DNA of 64,000 nt from Octopus sinensis. Its lineage: Eukaryota. The position numbers and the translations under genes are program-made. The stretch is from assembly GCF_006345805.1 (NCBI RefSeq), contig NC_043008.1, positions 48,856,001 through 48,920,000 on the forward strand, read 5' to 3'. Shown one piece after another: positions 62,579 to 64,000 of the stretch (within the stretch, counting starts at the first letter, position 1; every line of letters begins with the position of its first letter). Under the pieces are notes generated by a model. The model was not told the origin of the DNA, searched no databases, and saw nothing but the letters and a program-made list of their open reading frames with translations.

Positions 62579-63819
62579 CACACCTTCTCCCTGCTTTCAT
62601 CATTTTCTCTTCTCATTTATTTTCCTCTTCCTCTTCATCTTCATTGGCATCATCATCATCATCATCATCATTACTGTCCCTGCTGCTGCCACCGCCACCA
62701 CCACCACCACCACCACCACCACCACCACCACCACCAATCGTCATTGTTATTCTCTTAGTCATCATCATTCTACTCCCCTCCCCTGCATGATGATGATGAT
62801 GATCATCATCCTCATGTTGGTCCACAACTTCCCTAATTAAACTCCTTCCTCTCCCGTCCCCCCTGCCCTCTCTCCCATAGACTGACCAAGGTCAGTCTAA
62901 CAGTTGACCACAAACTGATAGCTCAGTCAATCGTTTATATCCTCTCCTCATAAGCAGGCCACCTGGCTGTAAACAGGTTCTACAATGCTATTGTGTTGAG
63001 CCAAGGTGTCTACCTTTCTCTCTCCTAACAACAAGTTCCCCTCAAAGTTGGTCGGTGCCATTTGAGAGACCAATTCCTTTGACAGATCAAAGCAAATCTT
63101 TCTTGAAAACAATCAAAAAATCCTTTTTGTTTTTCAATTATTCAATTATTTCTGTTTATTTTGCTTGGAAAACAATTTCTTTCCTTCAGAACCAAATGTT
63201 GCTGTTGTAGATTAGTCCCCTATCAATCATGATTGTACAGGCCAATCACTGAACCCTATCAATTTCCTCAAAGACTCTCCATCCAGGACCACCTTGTCGA
63301 ATATGTCTTACCTTTTTTTAAGCTATGGCTGCAGGTATGATGATGGTGATGATGATGATGATGATGATGATGATGGTGGTGGTGTGATGATGGTGATGAT
63401 GGTGATGATGATGACGATGATCATGATAATGATGATAATGATGGTGATGATGATGATGATGATGATGATGGTGAGGGTATTTGTCTGCTATTTCTAGCAA
63501 ATAGATTTCCTTGTGGCTTTTTCTTGCTCCTTCCTTATCCCAGATTTCCTCATTAATTCATATTCCCCTGTTATCTTGTTTATAGCTCCACTTGTTCACC
63601 CACGGGCCATCTTCAATTCCTTCCCTTGGAATAAAAATTATTCTTTCTCTGCCATTATTTTTTTTCTTCCATTTCATTTTTAAAGGCCAAAAAAGTCCAG
63701 AACCAAGATTCACATTATTGTTTATCCGACTTCGTTGCTCCTGTCGAGAGTGGACTGACCGACCACATCGGGCTGTTTGCCGTCACTGCAGGCATCGGGG
63801 CCGACACCTTATGCAACCA
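22683..63819 (+). CDS. MTR: Cobalamin-dependent methionine synthase (MetH), 30 exons in window, 3' end beyond window
   Basis: Manually spliced 3284 nt with consistent phases throughout. Motifs: [40 protein letters not shown] and GGCCG (Zn ligands), [71 protein letters not shown] (B12 His ligand), [30 protein letters not shown]. Confidence 0.99.
23720..24420 (+). mobile_element. Probable degraded LINE 5' region (RTE-like)
   Basis: Non-repetitive, higher-GC block resembling RTE-clade 5' leaders as I recall them; no clear protein motif recovered. Confidence 0.35.
25095..25420 (-). mobile_element. RTE-type 3' module / (GAT)n-tailed SINE (family C)
   Basis: Shared with 1790-2160, 46995-47400, 51500-51660, 53880-54270(+), 60300-60550(+), 6350-6500(+). 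Confidence 0.75.
26185..26650 (+). mobile_element. Highly degraded CR1/Jockey-like reverse transcriptase fragment
   Basis: Translates to ...YRPIS...[17 protein letters not shown] and [13 protein letters not shown] (cf. KAFDKVDH), then DDDK (cf. ADDTK). Confidence 0.6.
27027..27490 (+). mobile_element. Penelope-like element relic (GIY-YIG endonuclease)
   Basis: 27027 onward translates [34 protein letters not shown]. The downstream ~200 bp recurs at ~29140-29345. Confidence 0.7.
28016..28215 (+). CDS. MTR: MTR exon 2 (ASQEIQ...[11 protein letters not shown]...YNIHK)
   Basis: tccag acceptor / gtaac donor, 200 nt. Confidence 0.95.
28748..28837 (+). CDS. MTR: MTR exon 3 ([15 protein letters not shown]...LEDL)
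   Basis: AAG acceptor / gtaagt donor, 90 nt. Confidence 0.93.
29777..29846 (+). CDS. MTR: MTR exon 4 ([23 protein letters not shown])
   Basis: tag / gtatg, 70 nt. Confidence 0.93.
30100..30600 (+). mobile_element. tRNA-derived SINE (family D) with well-preserved tRNA-like head
   Basis: GGAGGCGCAATGACCCAGTGGTTAGGGCAGC...GGTTTCGATTCCC (A and B boxes); partial minus copy at 61425-61553. Confidence 0.75.
30911..31003 (+). CDS. MTR: MTR exon 5 ([23 protein letters not shown]...)
   Basis: cag / gtaagt, 93 nt. Confidence 0.95.
31274..31500. repeat. Fold-back element with ~100-bp arms, each carrying a degenerate minimal hammerhead motif (Penelope-like LTR pair)
   Basis: Arms 31274-31375 and 31397-31500 are about 90% reverse-complementary; see findings. 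Confidence 0.8.
31867..31973 (+). CDS. MTR: MTR exon 6 (FDQLVAAY...[10 protein letters not shown])
   Basis: cag / gtgag, 107 nt. Confidence 0.95.
32191..32250 (+). CDS. MTR: MTR exon 7 ([20 protein letters not shown])
   Basis: tag / gtaag, 60 nt. Confidence 0.93.
34055..34149 (+). CDS. MTR: MTR exon 8 ([17 protein letters not shown]...)
   Basis: cag / gtaag, 95 nt. Confidence 0.95.
34549..34649 (+). CDS. MTR: MTR exon 9 (LGLNCSLGA...YPNA)
   Basis: cag / gtaag, 101 nt; Zn-ligand Cys. Confidence 0.95.
34863..34924 (+). CDS. MTR: MTR exon 10 ([10 protein letters not shown]...LK)
   Basis: AAG acceptor / gtttg, 62 nt. Confidence 0.93.
35798..35865 (+). CDS. MTR: MTR exon 11 ([22 protein letters not shown])
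   Basis: cag / gtttg, 68 nt; GGCC Zn ligands. Confidence 0.95.
36668..36975. repeat. Long (TA)n microsatellite, representative of dozens of (TA)n, (CA)n, (GA)n, (CAT)n, (AAT)n and (CAC)n tracts in the window
   Basis: Directly visible. Confidence 0.95.
37070..37149 (+). CDS. MTR: MTR exon 12 ([12 protein letters not shown]...QLS)
   Basis: cag / gtatg, 80 nt. Confidence 0.92.
38454..38566 (+). CDS. MTR: MTR exon 13 (LEPMVIG...[14 protein letters not shown]...YE)
   Basis: tag / gtgag, 113 nt. Confidence 0.95.
38795..39019. repeat. Two-unit minisatellite (16-bp CACATTAGTGTTGTGT and 24-bp CACATTAGTGTTAAAGTATTATGT)
   Basis: 11 full units plus a partial unit, counted directly. Confidence 0.9.
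39147..39287 (+). CDS. MTR: MTR exon 14 ([10 protein letters not shown]...DVNMDEGML...DPDIAK)
   Basis: cag / gttca, 141 nt. Confidence 0.95.
39724..39909 (+). CDS. MTR: MTR exon 15 (VPLCIDSSN...[10 protein letters not shown]...FDEEGQ)
   Basis: tag / gtgag, 186 nt. Confidence 0.96.
39935..40330. repeat. Compound trinucleotide microsatellite (CAT)n-(TAC)n-(TGC)n-(GAC)n-(CAC)n
   Basis: Directly visible; fills most of MTR intron 15. Confidence 0.9.
40391..40570 (+). CDS. MTR: MTR exon 16 (ATSVERK...[18 protein letters not shown]...IVK)
   Basis: cag / gttgg, 180 nt. Confidence 0.96.
40625..40915 (-). mobile_element. R4/Dong-like (RLE) LINE 3' fragment 1
   Basis: Minus translation ...[28 protein letters not shown], an RLE C-terminal motif. 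Confidence 0.6.
40955..41870 (-). mobile_element. R4/Dong-like (RLE) LINE 3' fragment 2 with (AAT)n tail
   Basis: PLHGKY...[12 protein letters not shown]...[18 protein letters not shown] (CCHC) ...RHDRV...[15 protein letters not shown], then IDVSIP...KEMEKLSKY...GALG...GTAHILRR*. The PD motif is deleted. Confidence 0.9.
41967..42410 (-). mobile_element. ~430-bp (AAT)n-tailed non-autonomous element, second copy
   Basis: Homologous end-to-end to 16034-16470. Confidence 0.75.
42526..42642 (+). CDS. MTR: MTR exon 17 ([21 protein letters not shown]...YHAIK)
   Basis: cag / gtaaa, 117 nt. Confidence 0.96.
43685..43825 (+). CDS. MTR: MTR exon 18 ([11 protein letters not shown]...MYAE)
   Basis: AAG acceptor / gtaag, 141 nt. 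Confidence 0.95.
43946..44035 (+). CDS. MTR: MTR exon 19 (KLDK...[17 protein letters not shown])
   Basis: cag / gtcag, 90 nt. Confidence 0.95.
45669..45767 (+). CDS. MTR: MTR exon 20 (GIDKYII...IIEGPLMK)
   Basis: AAG acceptor / gtaag, 99 nt. Confidence 0.95.
46197..46334 (+). CDS. MTR: MTR exon 21 ([30 protein letters not shown]...LN)
   Basis: cag / gtaag, 138 nt. Confidence 0.95.
48362..48650 (+). mobile_element. Helentron/DINE-1-like non-autonomous element
   Basis: Starts ACTAG..ACCCGGCGTTGC with a subterminal hairpin ATGACCC/GGGTCAT (48371-48393), has short internal repeats and ends near (CA)n. Confidence 0.45.
49476..49579 (+). CDS. MTR: MTR exon 22 (ERTYNGT...[13 protein letters not shown]...NNF), cobalamin His ligand
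   Basis: cag / gtaagt, 104 nt; DxHxxG motif. Confidence 0.97.
49587..51275. repeat. 40-bp minisatellite, about 42 copies
   Basis: Unit CACACAGC(A/T)GCCAGCCTGCATATATATACATATATA(T/C)ATA; copy number from length/40. Confidence 0.97.
51926..51993 (+). CDS. MTR: MTR exon 23 ([13 protein letters not shown]...NA)
   Basis: cag / gtttg, 68 nt. Confidence 0.95.
52597..53055 (+). mobile_element. R4/Dong-like (RLE) LINE fragment 3
   Basis: [13 protein letters not shown]...[24 protein letters not shown]...DVACPFD...KKE..KIDK; preceded by (AAT)n. Confidence 0.8.
53056..53272 (+). repeat. 21-bp tandem repeat (CCTCCAGCTATGAGGCCCCTC-like), about 10 copies
   Basis: Reads as a PPAMRPL repeat in ORF 53054-53242. 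Confidence 0.85.
53363..53483 (+). CDS. MTR: MTR exon 24 ([15 protein letters not shown]...GGATTS)
   Basis: tag / gtaag, 121 nt. Confidence 0.96.
55618..55699 (+). CDS. MTR: MTR exon 25 ([11 protein letters not shown]...DASKSVFV)
   Basis: AAG acceptor / gtaagt, 82 nt. Confidence 0.95.
55901..56066. mobile_element. Short MITE with ~20-bp imperfect TIRs (Tc1/mariner-pogo-like)
   Basis: TA-CCATATTTTAACGAGTATAA ... TTATACATGTTAAAATATGG-CA. Confidence 0.55.
56384..56482 (+). CDS. MTR: MTR exon 26 (FSALMK...[11 protein letters not shown])
   Basis: tag / gtttg, 99 nt. Confidence 0.93.
57136..57171 (+). ncRNA. Minimal type-I hammerhead-ribozyme-like motif within a Penelope-like LTR relic (~57060-57260)
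   Basis: CTTT-CTGTCGA-A-GAGC(GTAG)GCTC-GAA-ACGT-A-AAAG: stem I 4 bp, stem II 4 bp, palindromic stem III, GUA site; one core mismatch (A6U). Confidence 0.55.
57345..57420 (+). CDS. MTR: MTR exon 27 ([19 protein letters not shown]...)
   Basis: cag / gtaag, 76 nt. Confidence 0.93.
57965..58120 (+). CDS. MTR: MTR exon 28 (PPTFFGTK...[25 protein letters not shown]...)
   Basis: cag / gtgag, 156 nt. Confidence 0.96.
60703..60884 (+). CDS. MTR: MTR exon 29 ([11 protein letters not shown]...YGLRQQ)
   Basis: cag / gtgag, 182 nt. Confidence 0.96.
60975..61420 (+). mobile_element. RTE-clade LINE fragment
   Basis: [35 protein letters not shown]...[20 protein letters not shown]; same family as 2162-2695(-). 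Confidence 0.85.
63686..63819 (+). CDS. MTR: MTR exon 30 (AKKVQ...CLSDFVAP...GLFAVTAG...)
   Basis: AAG acceptor / gtgag, 134 nt. Confidence 0.94.
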
Positions 63820-64000
63820 GTGAGTTATCAATTGCAGTTCTGTGTCTCCTTTTTCATTATTATTTTATTGTATATGTGAAAGCTTGGGGCCTAGATGTGA
63901 AGTTGTGTGATGTGTGGCCTGGTATGTGAAGGCATGTAGCCTGATATGTGAAAGTGTGTAGCATAGAATGTGGCCTGGTGTGTGAAATGTGGCCTGGTGT

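Overview
AT-rich, microsatellite- and repeat-dense eukaryotic genomic DNA. The repeat landscape resembles an octopus/coleoid cephalopod, but this is inference and not shown by the sequence. Two spliced + strand genes were reconstructed by hand from GT-AG boundaries and translation. The first is the last four coding exons of DAP3/MRPS29 (123-10323, stop included). The second is 30 consecutive exons of cobalamin-dependent methionine synthase MTR/MetH (22683-63819, 3284 coding nt, about 1094 codons, continuing beyond the window), with intact Zn ligands (GLNC, GGCC) and B12 motif (DVHDIG, SGLITPS). Introns and the intergenic gap hold tRNA-derived SINEs, RTE, CR1-like and R4/Dong-like LINE fragments, Penelope-like relics, a Tc1/mariner relic, hAT and Helentron-like MITEs, and mini/microsatellites. 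Nearly all long ORFs in the supplied track are repeat artefacts. Most notable: (1) a divergent but structurally compensated 28S rRNA domain-VI fragment with an intact sarcin-ricin loop, antisense in the last DAP3 intron; (2) minimal hammerhead-ribozyme-like motifs in MTR introns, including a fold-back whose two arms together reconstruct a G3:C8 core variant; (3) stacked R4/Dong-like insertions in (TAA)n tracts; (4) a ~42-copy 40-bp variant minisatellite next to the cobalamin-ligand exon; (5) a possible unannotated minus-strand spliced transcript between the two genes.
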